Assembly (NCBI GenBank): GCA_021199255.1
Contig: JAJQIK010000043.1
Span: 1,235 to 65,234 of the forward strand
DNA length: 64,000 nucleotides
Direction of reading: 5' to 3'
DNA from: Clostridiales bacterium
GTDB lineage: Bacteria > Bacillota > Clostridia > Lachnospirales > Lachnospiraceae
In this document: one piece after another, positions 17,779 to 28,092 of the stretch
Layout of the letters: every line of letters starts with the position of its first letter
Numbering within the stretch: the first letter of the stretch is position 1
Translations under genes and position numbers: made by a program
The notes under the pieces: model-generated
Told to the model about the DNA's origin: nothing
The model's database searches: none
Seen by the model: the letters and a program-made list of their open reading frames with translations, nothing else

Positions 17779-18681
17779 TCACAGCATAAATTCCAGACTC
17801 ATATAGGCAAGGCAGAGCACGATAGCGATAACAAGCGGAACGCTTACCAGATATTCCCTGATTTCCCCGCGTCCGCCCCATATCTGTTTTAAGGCGCCCT
17901 CCCGTTTCTCATTCTTCGCAATCCATACGAGTACGCAGAACGCAATGGGCGTTGTCACCGCGGCAATCACCAGATACACGGAAAGCGCAGCCAGCAGCTG
18001 ATTCTGTGTAATCTGCACCGTTTGAAGCTCCTGCCCCGGCATCATCTCCGACAGATACATCAGGCAGACCTGCCAGGCGTTAAAAAGCATATGGCAAAAC
18101 ACCGGTGCCCACAGGCTGCCCGCAGCTTCCATCAGAAGCGCCAGCAGGATTCCCAGGACGAAAGCATAAACGGCCTGATTTACATTCAGATGCATCAGCC
18201 CGAATAAAAACGCCGACAGAAGAATCGCCCGCAGCTTATTCCCCGACTTCAAATATCCCCGATATATCACGCCGCGAAATACAAACTCCTCGCAAAAAGG
18301 CCCGAACATACCGATCATAAACAGCATCACCGGGAACCTCGTCCCCACAATATCCTGCTCCACGGATACCACTGCATTTTCCGCAAAAAACATGGCGATT
18401 GCGTTGAGAACCGTGATAAGTGGCATAATCAGAAACGTAAAGAGCGCCGTCATCAGGAGGCTGGATACCTTAACCCTATGAAAACCCAGCCCTTCTTTCC
18501 TGCCGTTTGGGGAAAAGAGCAGGAACAGCAATGCCGGAACGATAATGATTCCTTCGCTGACCAGCAGATTAGCCACAATGCCAAACTCAATTCTGCCGCC
18601 CATAAACAGAAGGAACGCAAGCGCCGCAAAATGTACTAATATAATTGTCAAGAAAATCCAATTAGATTTTTTGCTGTTCAT
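17779..18681 (-). CDS. CPBP-family intramembrane glutamic endopeptidase (CAAX protease-like)
   Basis: Multiple TM helices are present, with the EEFVFRG, FGLMH and HMLFN motifs. Confidence 0.85.
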   Translation of the reverse strand: MNSKKSNWIFLTIILVHFAALAFLLFMGGRIEFGIVANLLVSEGIIIVPALLFLLFSPNGRKEGLGFHRVKVSSLLMTALFTFLIMPLITVLNAIAMFFAENAVVSVEQDIVGTRFPVMLFMIGMFGPFCEEFVFRGVIYRGYLKSGNKLRAILLSAFLFGLMHLNVNQAVYAFVLGILLALLMEAAGSLWAPVFCHMLFNAWQVCLMYLSEMMPGQELQTVQITQNQLLAALSVYLVIAAVTTPIAFCVLVWIAKNEKREGALKQIWGGRGEIREYLVSVPLVIAIVLCLAYMSLEFML

Positions 18682-19518
18682 TTAATCAATTCTCCGAATT
18701 GCCTTTTCCGTTATGGTAATCTTGCCCTCTTTGAGCAGACGTCCTACCGCCCGCTTAAACTCGTTCTTGCTCATTCCTGTCTCCCTGCGGATCACTTCCG
18801 GCGAAGCCTTATCATTAAAGGGCATCGCCCCGTCAAAGCTGTCTATAATAGACAATATTTTCTCCGCGTCCTGTCCCATCTGAAGATAGGCCTTTTCCCG
18901 AACGCTTAAATCCAGCTTCCCGTCCTCTTTGACTCCGGTCACCCGGGCGGTTATGACATCGGATATCTTCACATCGCCATACAGCTCCCTGGCGGGAACC
19001 AGCCCGGAATATTTGTCATCTACCGCCACAAAAGCGCCGAAATTCCGGCTGATTTCATACACCGTACCCGTAACTTTATCATCTTTATGATAAGGACTGT
19101 CCGTATCCAGATAAGGATACACATTCATGGTAGCGCAGAGCCTGTCGCTTTTATCAATATAGAGCGCCACCAGACATTCTTCTCCGGCGGATACCCTTCT
19201 GGTCTGTTCCCTATAGGGGAGCAGCAGCTCCTTTTCCAGTCCCCAGTCCAGAAAAGCGCCGATCTTCCCCACCTGCGCTACCTGTACTCTGCCTATGCCA
19301 TGAAGCGTCAGCTTCGGCATCTTTGTGGTGGCTATCAGCCTGTCCCTGGAATCGCGGTAAATAAACACCTCGACCTCGTCGCCTGTCTGAGCGTCCTCCG
19401 GAACCTGCTTCTTCGGGAGCAGCACCCGCTCCTCCTGATTCATACCATCGCCTAAATAGGCGCCAAACTCTACCATTTTCAGAATCTGCAGCGTCTGTAT
19501 TTCACCTAATCGTATCAT
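18682..19518 (-). CDS. cvfB: S1-domain RNA-binding protein, CvfB/YitL family
   Basis: Repeated S1-like blocks (EFGAYL, KIGAFLDWG, NFGAFVAV) are followed by a C-terminal winged helix. Confidence 0.8.
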   Translation of the reverse strand: MIRLGEIQTLQILKMVEFGAYLGDGMNQEERVLLPKKQVPEDAQTGDEVEVFIYRDSRDRLIATTKMPKLTLHGIGRVQVAQVGKIGAFLDWGLEKELLLPYREQTRRVSAGEECLVALYIDKSDRLCATMNVYPYLDTDSPYHKDDKVTGTVYEISRNFGAFVAVDDKYSGLVPARELYGDVKISDVITARVTGVKEDGKLDLSVREKAYLQMGQDAEKILSIIDSFDGAMPFNDKASPEVIRRETGMSKNEFKRAVGRLLKEGKITITEKAIRRID

Positions 19519-20243
19519 TATTGTCTCTCCGTCCTGTTCTCTAATTCCACAATACTGTAAGGCTTCCCATCTTCCCGGTTCAGGGACACTGTATACAGTC
19601 TTCCTTCCTCATTGACCGCCACTACCGGGTAGATCATATCCTCCAGTACCGCCTGGTTTTTATACTCCACGCGAAGCTGGCTGATCTCAAAATCCTCCGG
19701 AATATAGTCCATCGCCATGCGTACATATTGTCCGTTATTCACATGGTTGTTGGTGTCCAGATGATGATTTTTCACTGGAAAGGGTTCCCTCTCTTTCCCA
19801 TTCGACGGAATACTGATCTTACGGGGCGCGTACTCCATGGGATATTTCTCCTCCAAATGATAGATGGCGGGAAAATCCTTTTCCGCTTTGGCAGGCATTC
19901 CCCGTTCCAGATCCATCAGGCTCCAAATCGAGTTGGCGTAAGCCAGCACCTCCCCCTCCCGCGTTTTCATCCAGAAGTTACGGAAGCCCACAAAACCTTT
20001 AAACTCATAAGGGGAAGTGCCGATCACAATATTTTCGCACAAATGGGGGCGGCGGTTTACACAAATCTGCCACGCCGACAGCAGCCATACCTGATGCACT
20101 CTCTGAAAATAGTCTACGCCCAGACCCACATCTTCCGAATGAAAAATAGAAGCGTCCTGAAAATAATCCAAAAGCGACTCTATTGTCATGCTTCCATCTA
20201 CGCCCACTTCGCTGTATCTTACCCTGCCGTCAAATGTGTACAC
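19518..20243 (-). CDS. Acyl-ACP thioesterase
   Basis: The protein shows a double hot-dog acyl-ACP thioesterase pattern (RVRYSEV...; HHLDTNNHVNNGQY). Confidence 0.8.
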   Translation of the reverse strand: MYTFDGRVRYSEVGVDGSMTIESLLDYFQDASIFHSEDVGLGVDYFQRVHQVWLLSAWQICVNRRPHLCENIVIGTSPYEFKGFVGFRNFWMKTREGEVLAYANSIWSLMDLERGMPAKAEKDFPAIYHLEEKYPMEYAPRKISIPSNGKEREPFPVKNHHLDTNNHVNNGQYVRMAMDYIPEDFEISQLRVEYKNQAVLEDMIYPVVAVNEEGRLYTVSLNREDGKPYSIVELENRTERQ

Positions 20244-20392
20244 TGCTTTTGCCTTCTTTCCTTCCCGCAGGCTCGTTCGCCGAGTCCTCAGGTTTGATTA
20301 ATAGCATAACACATTTTGTTGAAAAAAACTACGGAAAATACAAATCATCATTCCGCCCGGAAATGCCGCTGGAAAAAAATTCAAAATATAGG

Positions 20393-20448
20393 TTGACAAG
20401 AGGGAATAAATTTGTTAGTCTCGTAATCACAGTTAGTTATGACTAACT
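20393..20448 (+). promoter_or_regulatory. Candidate promoter (TTGACA-17-TAGTCT) and 7-4-7 palindromic operator AGTTAGT-TATG-ACTAACT for the nitrogenase-like operon
   Basis: TTGACA lies at 20393-20398 and TAGTCT at 20416-20421. The inverted repeat lies at 20431-20448, between the -10 box and the GGGAGG RBS. Confidence 0.4.
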
Positions 20449-20524
20449 CCTTATTGAGAAACGGATTTGCGGGTACGCGCCAAATCCACACGATACACCA
20501 AAAACAAAAGGGAGGATTTCTATT

Positions 20525-21310
20525 TTGTTAAAAATTGCAATTTACGGCAAGGGCGGCATCGGAAAATCTACAACTGCATCTAACCTATCCGCTGCCCTCA
20601 GCGATCTCGGATACAGGGTAATGCAAATTGGCTGCGACCCCAAATCCGATTCCACCAAAAATTTAATGTCCGGCCAGAAAATTCCAACTGTTTTAGACCA
20701 AATACGCGAAAAGGGCGTTGACAATGTACGTCTGGAGGACATTGTATTCACTGGATACGGCGGCATACTCTGTGTAGAGGCCGGCGGTCCCACCCCCGGC
20801 ATCGGCTGCGCCGGCCGCGGTATTATCACAGCCTTCGAAAAGCTGGAAGATTTAGGCGCTTATGAACAATATCGACCCGATATCGTTTTGTATGACGTTT
20901 TGGGCGACGTTGTCTGCGGGGGCTTTGCAATGCCCATCCGAGGCAATTATGCAGATCATGTGTTTATCGTGACCTCCGGCGAAATGATGGCGTTGTATGC
21001 CGCCTCTAATATTGCCAGCGCTATTCACAATTTTGGCAAACGCGGTTACGCCAGATTTTCCGGAATTATTTTAAACAAGCGGAATATAGACAACGAAGAA
21101 GCCCTTGTACAGAAAGCAGCCGAAGAGATGGACGGGCAGGTCATTTCTGTCATTCCCAGAGACTGTGCCGTACAGAAAGCAGAGGAACTGGGTATGACCG
21201 TTTTAGAGGCTCTGCCAGAAAGCGATATGGCACAATGCTATCGCAGGCTTGCTACAAAATTTTTGGAGGTGTGCGGACATGATGTGTTGCAATTGTCAGA
21301 ATCCATTTGA
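20525..21310 (+). CDS. NifH/BchL/CfbC-like ATP-dependent reductase (nitrogenase iron protein family)
   Basis: The start is a TTG with a GGGAGG RBS. The P-loop ([10 protein letters not shown]), switch I (CDPKSDST), cluster Cys (GIGCAGRGI) and switch II plus second Cys ([14 protein letters not shown]) are all present. Confidence 0.9.
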   Translation: MLKIAIYGKGGIGKSTTASNLSAALSDLGYRVMQIGCDPKSDSTKNLMSGQKIPTVLDQIREKGVDNVRLEDIVFTGYGGILCVEAGGPTPGIGCAGRGIITAFEKLEDLGAYEQYRPDIVLYDVLGDVVCGGFAMPIRGNYADHVFIVTSGEMMALYAASNIASAIHNFGKRGYARFSGIILNKRNIDNEEALVQKAAEEMDGQVISVIPRDCAVQKAEELGMTVLEALPESDMAQCYRRLATKFLEVCGHDVLQLSESI

Positions 21311-22553
21311 AAATACGCTGCGCTATTCTTCTCCCGCCCACGGCGGATGGGGAGTGGTGCGAATGGGGCACCTGCTGCCGGAAAGCTATCAGCTTTTTGT
21401 AAGCCCCGCTGCCTGTGGCCGTCATGGCGCCGTGGGCGCCTGTATGCAGGGCAGAAAAAGCCGGGTGTCTTACTTATATCTCCGGGAAGAGGAGATTGTA
21501 TCCGGCGGTTATGAAGATCAGCTTCTGGAAGCCGTAGACGAGCTTTTAGAATATCTCGCCAGCCATAATAAAACGCCTAAAGTGCTGATGATTTTTGTAA
21601 GCTGCATAGACGATTTGCTGGGTACCGACCATGACGCTTTGCTAATGCAGATACGGGAGCGCCATTCGGACGTCCGGTGTATATTCTGCCATATGAACCC
21701 GACGTCCATAGACACCAGCGTACCGCCTCCAGTCAATATCCAGAATAAAATATATAGTTTGCTGGATCCTGTCTCCAGCCATGACGATGGCGTCAACATG
21801 GTGGGAAATCTGGTGCCTCTGCTTCCGAACTGTGAGGCATATCGGCTGCTGCCCCAAATGAGCGCAAGCCCTGTGCGCCACCTGACAGACTATCGTACCT
21901 TTGCCGACTGGCAGGAAATGTCACGCAGCCGTCTGAATCTGGTCATTGCCCCGCCAGGGGAATATTCCGCAATGCAGATGCAGAAAAAGCACGGTACGCC
22001 ATATGAAATGGCGTTGACCTCTTACGACCCGTTGCAGGTGTCCCAAACCTACCGCGGCATCGCCGCCGCCTTGGGGGCGGATTGCCCCGACGTATCTGAT
22101 TACGAAACCCGCTGCGCGGAAGAAATGGAAAAAACCGCCAAAGCGCTGGGCGGAATCCCCGTGGTAATTGACGAGGATTCGGTTGCCCGCCCCTTCGATC
22201 TGGCAAAAGCGCTTTTAGAACACGGCTTTGCCCTCAAACGTATTATCGCGCAAAATGTAGTCCCCACCGATCAGCAGGCATATGAGTGGATACGGCGGCA
22301 CGCGCCCCAAATCGAAATCGTGCAGCCCCAACATCATCGGACTCTGCTATTTCATGATTCCATGCCGGACTGTCTGGCTCTTGGTTATAACAGCGGCTAC
22401 CTCACAGGTTCCAGCCATGTGATTCCGGCGGACGCACAACAGGGACATTGGGGTTATGCCGGCATTTTGGATATGATGCGCCTGTTCCGGGAAGGCGCGG
22501 CACATTCCACAGATTTAAAGGCTCTCATTGATGCAGCCGGATTGGTGGTGTAA
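21279..22553 (+). CDS. Nitrogenase component-1-type oxidoreductase subunit (NifD/E/BchN-like, 424 aa)
   Basis: The protein follows the Oxidored_nitro pattern ([21 protein letters not shown]). The start is an ATG at 21279 after a GGAGG RBS, and it overlaps the NifH-like gene by 32 nt. Confidence 0.8.
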   Translation: MMCCNCQNPFENTLRYSSPAHGGWGVVRMGHLLPESYQLFVSPAACGRHGAVGACMQGRKSRVSYLYLREEEIVSGGYEDQLLEAVDELLEYLASHNKTPKVLMIFVSCIDDLLGTDHDALLMQIRERHSDVRCIFCHMNPTSIDTSVPPPVNIQNKIYSLLDPVSSHDDGVNMVGNLVPLLPNCEAYRLLPQMSASPVRHLTDYRTFADWQEMSRSRLNLVIAPPGEYSAMQMQKKHGTPYEMALTSYDPLQVSQTYRGIAAALGADCPDVSDYETRCAEEMEKTAKALGGIPVVIDEDSVARPFDLAKALLEHGFALKRIIAQNVVPTDQQAYEWIRRHAPQIEIVQPQHHRTLLFHDSMPDCLALGYNSGYLTGSSHVIPADAQQGHWGYAGILDMMRLFREGAAHSTDLKALIDAAGLVV

Positions 22554-23723
22554 ATGAAAGAATTATGGATTACTTTACCGGCCTTTGCGCCGGACTACTC
22601 CGGAGTCTGCTCCGCCATGTTTGAACTGGGAGGCATCTCGGTAATACACGATGCATCAGGCTGCACGGGCAATTATACCGGCTATGACGAACCTCGCTGG
22701 TATGGTTCTAATGCCAGGGTATTCTGCTCCGGCCTCCGGGAAATCGACGCGGTATTGGGCAGGGACGATAAACTGATCGACGACATTCTATACGCCTGCC
22801 GGGATTTGCAGCCGGCCTTTATCACTGTGCTTGGCAGCCCTGTCCCTATGGTCATAGGTACAGATATGAAGGGCATTGCCAAAGAATTGGAAAACCGCTC
22901 CGGCCTTCCCGCTTTTGGTTTTTCTACCAGCGGATTATATCTTTACAACAAGGGTATCTCGGAGGCTATGCAGGCTCTGGTACGGCGTTTTTCCAAGCCA
23001 ACGGCAGAGATCATACCAAATGCAGTCAATATTTTGGGTATGACGCCTTTAGACTTTTCCACTAATTCCAACGCTCAGGATTTGCCTCTTTGGTTGGAAC
23101 GGCAGGGCTTTACGGTACTGGGGCGGCTGATGATGGGAGTAACCCTGCATCAGATAGAAAACCTGGCAAAAGCCCAGGTCAATCTGGTGGTCACAGAGGC
23201 AGGAATGGAGACAGCAAAGCTGCTGAAACAAACGTACGGCACTCCTTATGTGGCGGCGCTCCCCATCTGCCAGGGGAAGAAGGTGGTCTCTCTTCTACAA
23301 AAAACCATAGAGGACGGCCAGGATCGAGTGTTGCTGGATCAGGCTGAGGAAGGCGGACTTTTGATTGTTGCAGAACAAATGCTTGGCAATGCGCTGCGTC
23401 ATGAGATTCTAAGACAAAGCCCCAGGACACGAGTCACCGTAGCTACGATGTTCGGCCTGAATCCGGCCATTGCGTCTCCAGGCGACCAGAATATCCCCAA
23501 CGAGGAAAGCCTGCGTTACATTCTGGGAAGCGGCCGCTTTCATCAGGTGGTCGGCGACCCCTTATTTAAAGAGCTGATTTCCCCAGCGGATCAGATAGAT
23601 TTTTATCCTATTCCTCACCCGGCGGTTTCCAGTAAGCTTCACTGGGATGAAGTCCCCGCCTGGTTGGGGACAGATATAGAACAACTTATTCACGCTATTA
23701 CAAAAGGAGGAGAAACAACATGA
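22554..23723 (+). CDS. Nitrogenase component-1-type oxidoreductase subunit (NifK/N/BchB-like, 389 aa)
   Basis: IHDASGCTGNY and VLGSPVPMVIGTD match the Oxidored_nitro pattern. The ATG directly abuts the upstream stop (TAAATG). Confidence 0.8.
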   Translation: MKELWITLPAFAPDYSGVCSAMFELGGISVIHDASGCTGNYTGYDEPRWYGSNARVFCSGLREIDAVLGRDDKLIDDILYACRDLQPAFITVLGSPVPMVIGTDMKGIAKELENRSGLPAFGFSTSGLYLYNKGISEAMQALVRRFSKPTAEIIPNAVNILGMTPLDFSTNSNAQDLPLWLERQGFTVLGRLMMGVTLHQIENLAKAQVNLVVTEAGMETAKLLKQTYGTPYVAALPICQGKKVVSLLQKTIEDGQDRVLLDQAEEGGLLIVAEQMLGNALRHEILRQSPRTRVTVATMFGLNPAIASPGDQNIPNEESLRYILGSGRFHQVVGDPLFKELISPADQIDFYPIPHPAVSSKLHWDEVPAWLGTDIEQLIHAITKGGETT

Positions 23724-24919
23724 AACATACACTGAAAAAATGGCTCTCACTGATTTTTGCCGCCACCCTTGCGTCAGGCGTTTTAACGGGCTGCGCATCT
23801 ACGTCCACGGAATCTGCCAGTATCGGCGGACAGATATTGGAAGAAGCGCAGGAAGAATCAGAAAACGAAATGATTACGCTGGAAGAAGCGCAGGAAGCAT
23901 CTGAAAGCGAAATGATCACCCTGGTGGACGACCGGGGCATCGAAGTCACCTTTCCCAAAAATCCGCAGCGTATCGTCATTACTTCCATCCTGCCCCTCAC
24001 CTCCGTCTATTGCCTCTACCGAGGCGGCACAGACAACCTGGTGGGAATTGCCGCAGCAGCCATGAGCGCCGCGGAACATTCCTATTTGGCGAAGATTTAT
24101 CCCGAAATATTGGATTTAGAATATAAATTTTCAGAAGGCGGGGAGGTCAACGTTGAGGAAGTGCTGAAGCTTGAGCCGGACGTAATTTTCTATCGCGCCA
24201 ACGAGGAAGCGGAAGGGGATATGTATATCAATGCCGGAATCCCTGCCGTTGCTTTCAGTACCAGCAAGTTCGGCTCCGATACCATCGCTACTTTTGCCGG
24301 TTGGATTGAGCTGTTAGATCAGATTTTTGGAGGTGGCGACCAGACGCAGGGAATCGTTGAATATGGCTACGAGATTCTGGATATGCTGCATGAGCGTACT
24401 GCGGATTTAACGGAAGAAGAACGCCCCAAGGCGATTGTATTCTCCGGATATTCCGGCAATCAGCTAACGGCAGCCGGCGGCAATATTTTTGCGGAATTTT
24501 ACCTTACCGAGGGCGGCGGCGTTAACGTGGCTTCAGAGCTTTCCGGTTCTCAGGCCGTCAATATGGAACAGATTTACGAATGGAACCCGGACGTGATTTT
24601 CATTAATAACTTCTGCCCATATGTCCCTGAAGATTTCTATAACAACGCCATCGAGGGCTATGATTGGAGCAATGTTTCCGCCGTGCAGAACCAACAGGTT
24701 TATAAATATCCTCTGGGAATGTACCGCTGGTATCCTCCCGCGGGCGACGCGCCCCTGAGTCTGGTTTGGGTTGCAAAGCAACTACATCCGGAACTGTTTG
24801 AGGACATTGATATGGATCAGATGGTGAAAGACTATTATCAGGAATACTATGGATACGCCCTGACCGACGAGGATCTGGCTGAAATTTATAATCCGCCCAG
24901 GGAGGCTGCGAATTACTGA
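23720..24919 (+). CDS. ABC transporter substrate-binding lipoprotein, FecB/BtuF (Peripla_BP_2) type
   Basis: A lipobox (LTGC) follows the signal peptide. Blocks typical of iron-siderophore, heme or corrinoid binding proteins are present (RIVITS..., KLEPDVIF, WNPDVIFI). The gene overlaps its upstream neighbour by 4 nt. Confidence 0.85.
   Translation: MKHTLKKWLSLIFAATLASGVLTGCASTSTESASIGGQILEEAQEESENEMITLEEAQEASESEMITLVDDRGIEVTFPKNPQRIVITSILPLTSVYCLYRGGTDNLVGIAAAAMSAAEHSYLAKIYPEILDLEYKFSEGGEVNVEEVLKLEPDVIFYRANEEAEGDMYINAGIPAVAFSTSKFGSDTIATFAGWIELLDQIFGGGDQTQGIVEYGYEILDMLHERTADLTEEERPKAIVFSGYSGNQLTAAGGNIFAEFYLTEGGGVNVASELSGSQAVNMEQIYEWNPDVIFINNFCPYVPEDFYNNAIEGYDWSNVSAVQNQQVYKYPLGMYRWYPPAGDAPLSLVWVAKQLHPELFEDIDMDQMVKDYYQEYYGYALTDEDLAEIYNPPREAANY
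23839..23922 (+). repeat. 42-nt tandem duplication in the lipoprotein linker (EEAQEESENEMITL x2)
   Basis: GGAAGAAGCGCAGGAAG...ATGAT.AC.CT occurs twice in tandem. Confidence 0.8.
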
Positions 24920-25947
24920 TGGAAAAAACAAAACGATTTCAGAAATACATTTTCATAGCGCTATGGATAACACCTGTTATTACAGCTCTCGTCTGCATTG
25001 GCATCGGCCGGTATTCCCTGAGCTTCTGGCGGACTCTGGAAATTTTGTTCTCACCCTTGCTCCAGCACGTCCCGCACATAGAGATTACCGATATGGAACG
25101 GTCTGTGGTCTTTGGGATTCGCCTGCCGCGAATCCTGCTGGCCATTGGCTGCGGCGCGGCGCTATCATCTTCCGGCGTTGCCTTTCAAAGCCTGTTCAAT
25201 AACCCGCTGGCCACACCGGATACCCTGGGCGTCTCCAGCGGCGCCTCCTGCGGAGCTGTCATTGCGTTAATGCTTGGCATGAATATGATTGGCGTCCAAA
25301 TCACGGCTTTGCTTTTTGGACTTGGCGCCGTTGCTTTAACCTGGACGGTTTCCAAGGTGCGGGGACAGAATTCCATTATTATGATTGTATTATCCGGCAT
25401 GGTCGTATCCGCCCTTTTCGAAGCCCTGGTGTCCCTGATGAAGTATGTAGCCGACCCTAACGACGTACTGCCCACCATTACCTATTGGCTGATGGGCAGC
25501 CTGAATCATTCCAGCTACTCCAGCTTACTGCTGGGAATGCCTTTTATTCTTGCAGGAATCCTTATTGTCTTTCTCTTACGGTGGCGGCTGAATATCCTGG
25601 CTTTAAACGAAGATGAAGCAAAATCTATGGGCATAAACCTGAAAGCCATGCGGCTGTTCGTCATCGTAGCCGCCACTATGATGACGGCAGCTTCTGTTTC
25701 CATGTGTGGGAAAATTGGATGGATTGGTCTGCTGATTCCCCATATTTCACGAATGTTGCTGGGCGGAAACACACAACGTACCGTCCCCGCCTGTATCAGC
25801 CTTGGCGCCGTGTTTATGCTGCTGATCGATACCCTGTCCCGCAGTATAATGGCCGCGGAGATTCCCGTCTCCATTTTAACGGCCATCATCGGCGCACCCA
25901 TTTTTATATCGCTTTTGCGAAAAACAAAAGGAGGTACGCAAGTATAA
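24919..25947 (+). CDS. ABC transporter permease, FecCD/BtuC family
   Basis: About 9-10 TM helices are predicted, with FecCD blocks (RLPRILLA, GWIGLLIPH, GAPIF). The start overlaps the upstream stop (TGATG). Confidence 0.9.
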   Translation: MEKTKRFQKYIFIALWITPVITALVCIGIGRYSLSFWRTLEILFSPLLQHVPHIEITDMERSVVFGIRLPRILLAIGCGAALSSSGVAFQSLFNNPLATPDTLGVSSGASCGAVIALMLGMNMIGVQITALLFGLGAVALTWTVSKVRGQNSIIMIVLSGMVVSALFEALVSLMKYVADPNDVLPTITYWLMGSLNHSSYSSLLLGMPFILAGILIVFLLRWRLNILALNEDEAKSMGINLKAMRLFVIVAATMMTAASVSMCGKIGWIGLLIPHISRMLLGGNTQRTVPACISLGAVFMLLIDTLSRSIMAAEIPVSILTAIIGAPIFISLLRKTKGGTQV

Positions 25948-26735
25948 TGATTTTTTCTGTAGAAAACGGTTCTTTTGCTTATAAAAAAGAAGAAATTTTA
26001 ACAAACCTGTCTTTTTCCGTAGAATCCGGTGAAATTCTGGCGATTCTTGGCTCCAACGGCGTCGGGAAAACCACGCTGCTGCGCTGTATGATGGGCTTGC
26101 TGCCATGGAAATCCGGACGCAGCACTATCGACGGACGCCCCATTAACGAATTTACCTCCAGACAGCTTTGGAGGATCCTCTCCTATGTTCCCCAGGCCAG
26201 GGGCGCGTCCTTTGCCTACACGGCAAGGGAAATGGTACTTTTGGGTCGCAGTGCGCACTTAGACGTTCTCAAACAGCCGAAACAAAAGGATCTGGACATC
26301 GTAGAGCGTTCCATGGAAGAAGTCGGGATTATCCACCTGGCAGAGAAAAAATGCACTCAAATGAGTGGCGGTGAGCTGCAAATGGTACTGATTGCCAGAG
26401 CGTTGACCGCAGAACCCCAGCTTTTGGTTCTGGACGAGCCAGAGTCTAACCTGGACTTTAAAAACCAGCTCATCATTCTGGATACCATCCGCCGTCTCGC
26501 CAAAGAGAAGCATATTTCCACTATTATCAATACCCATTATCCAGATCATGCCCTCAAGCTGTCAGATAAGGCTCTTTTGCTGCAACAACCGGGAGAAAAC
26601 AAATATGGCGCTACAGCTGAGATCATCAACGAAGAAAATATGCGCTGCTCTTTTGGCGTAAACGTGTCGATTCCCGATTTTTGCGTAGACGGCATCCGCT
26701 ACAATGCGGTAGTTCCACTATCCATTGTTTCATAG
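25947..26735 (+). CDS. ABC transporter ATP-binding protein (FepC/BtuD-like)
   Basis: Walker A (GSNGVGKTT), the signature motif MSGGELQMV and Walker B (LLVLDEPESNLD) are present. The true start is the ATG at 25947 (TAATGA overlap). The longer track ORF is an artefact. Confidence 0.9.
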   Translation: MIFSVENGSFAYKKEEILTNLSFSVESGEILAILGSNGVGKTTLLRCMMGLLPWKSGRSTIDGRPINEFTSRQLWRILSYVPQARGASFAYTAREMVLLGRSAHLDVLKQPKQKDLDIVERSMEEVGIIHLAEKKCTQMSGGELQMVLIARALTAEPQLLVLDEPESNLDFKNQLIILDTIRRLAKEKHISTIINTHYPDHALKLSDKALLLQQPGENKYGATAEIINEENMRCSFGVNVSIPDFCVDGIRYNAVVPLSIVS

Positions 26736-26758
26736 GAATAGCCGTCTGGGATTTTCCA

Positions 26759-27985
26759 CTAACAAATTAAATCAGGAAACAGTTCTATGCTTCTCCCCAA
26801 AATCCCCTTCATATAGGCAATGGCTGTTCCATAGTTGGTGATCGGCACTCCCGCGTCCGCGGCGCACTGCATACGGCAGCGCACCTCTCGCTCGTTGAGC
26901 ATACAGCCCCCACAGTGGATCACCATGGCATAAGGAGACAAATCCTCCGGGAAGCCCATGCCCGACGAGGTTTCTATCACCAGCTCCCTGCCGGTATATT
27001 TATGCAGCCAGCGGGGAATCTTGACCGTACCGATATCGTCGCATTGTCTGTGATGGGTGCAGCCCTCCGAAATCAGCACACGGTCGCCGTCCTTCAGCTT
27101 ATCGATCGCCGTCACGCCCTGTACCGCCATGTGAAGAAGCCCTTTATACCGCGCCATCAGAATCGAAAAGGAAGTAAGCGTAATATCCTCCGGCACAATC
27201 CGGGCTACCTCTTCAAACGCCTGACTGTCCGTAACCACCATGGCGGGTTTCACTCCCAGACGCGCCAGCGTCTCTTGCAGTTCGCTCTCCTTTACCACAA
27301 TGGAAACCGCCCCCGCTTCCAGCAAATCCCTGATTGCCTGCTGCTGGGGCAGAATCAGCCTGCCCTTAGGCGCGGCGGAATCGATAGGCACTACCAGCAC
27401 CACAAAATCACCGGGGCGTACCAAATCCCCCAGCAGTCTCTTTCCGTCCTCCTGGGAGGCCGCCAGAGAGCCGATAGCTTCCTTCAATTCATGGATTCCC
27501 TGTCCCTTTAACGCGCTGACTGCAATCACGGCGGCGGCTTTATCCGCCCACAGTCCTTCGCAGGCCGCGGAGGCCTTCTCCGACGCCGCTCCCGCATCCG
27601 TCTTGTTAACCGCCACGATATAGGGGATTTGTTTCTGCCTGAAAAGCGCCGTCAATTCCTCATCGCAGGAGCCGGCTCCCTCTACTGCGTCTACTACCAG
27701 CACGGCTATGTCGGTTCTGTTCAAAACCTGTCTGGTCTTCTTTACGCGAAGTTCTCCCAGGCTTCCCTCATCATCAAAGCCCGGCGTATCAATTATTACC
27801 ACCGGCCCCAGCGGCAAGAGCTCCATCGCTTTCCAGACAGGGTCCGTGGTGGTTCCTTTCTGTTCCGAAACCACCGCCAGCTCCTGCCCGGTCACCGCAT
27901 TGACCAGACTCGACTTGCCTGCGTTCCTTCTGCCGAAAAAACCGATATGGATTCGTTCTCCCGAAGGTGTGTTGTTCATTCCCAT
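26759..27985 (-). CDS. hydF: [FeFe]-hydrogenase H-cluster maturation GTPase HydF
   Basis: The G1 motif (GRRNAGKSS) is present. The C-terminal cluster motif is CTHH...HCGGC. Confidence 0.9.
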   Translation of the reverse strand: MGMNNTPSGERIHIGFFGRRNAGKSSLVNAVTGQELAVVSEQKGTTTDPVWKAMELLPLGPVVIIDTPGFDDEGSLGELRVKKTRQVLNRTDIAVLVVDAVEGAGSCDEELTALFRQKQIPYIVAVNKTDAGAASEKASAACEGLWADKAAAVIAVSALKGQGIHELKEAIGSLAASQEDGKRLLGDLVRPGDFVVLVVPIDSAAPKGRLILPQQQAIRDLLEAGAVSIVVKESELQETLARLGVKPAMVVTDSQAFEEVARIVPEDITLTSFSILMARYKGLLHMAVQGVTAIDKLKDGDRVLISEGCTHHRQCDDIGTVKIPRWLHKYTGRELVIETSSGMGFPEDLSPYAMVIHCGGCMLNEREVRCRMQCAADAGVPITNYGTAIAYMKGILGRSIELFPDLIC

Positions 27986-28092
27986 AGCAATCCGCCTTTC
28001 CCATATACCCTGTTCTTCTTTATGATTTTCCCTTTGTTTGTGCTGCGCTGTTGTCCCCGGCACGGCCTAAGGCCTGCCGCAGGCCGCCGGTT

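Noticed and set aside
20525-23723. A bona fide nifHDK nitrogenase (nitrogen fixation).
   Set aside because: - The D/K-like proteins are only 424 and 389 aa.
- No nifB, nifE, nifN or nifV is nearby.
- The genes are translationally fused to an ABC importer instead.
- The evidence fits a group-IV nitrogenase-like enzyme, not N2 fixation.
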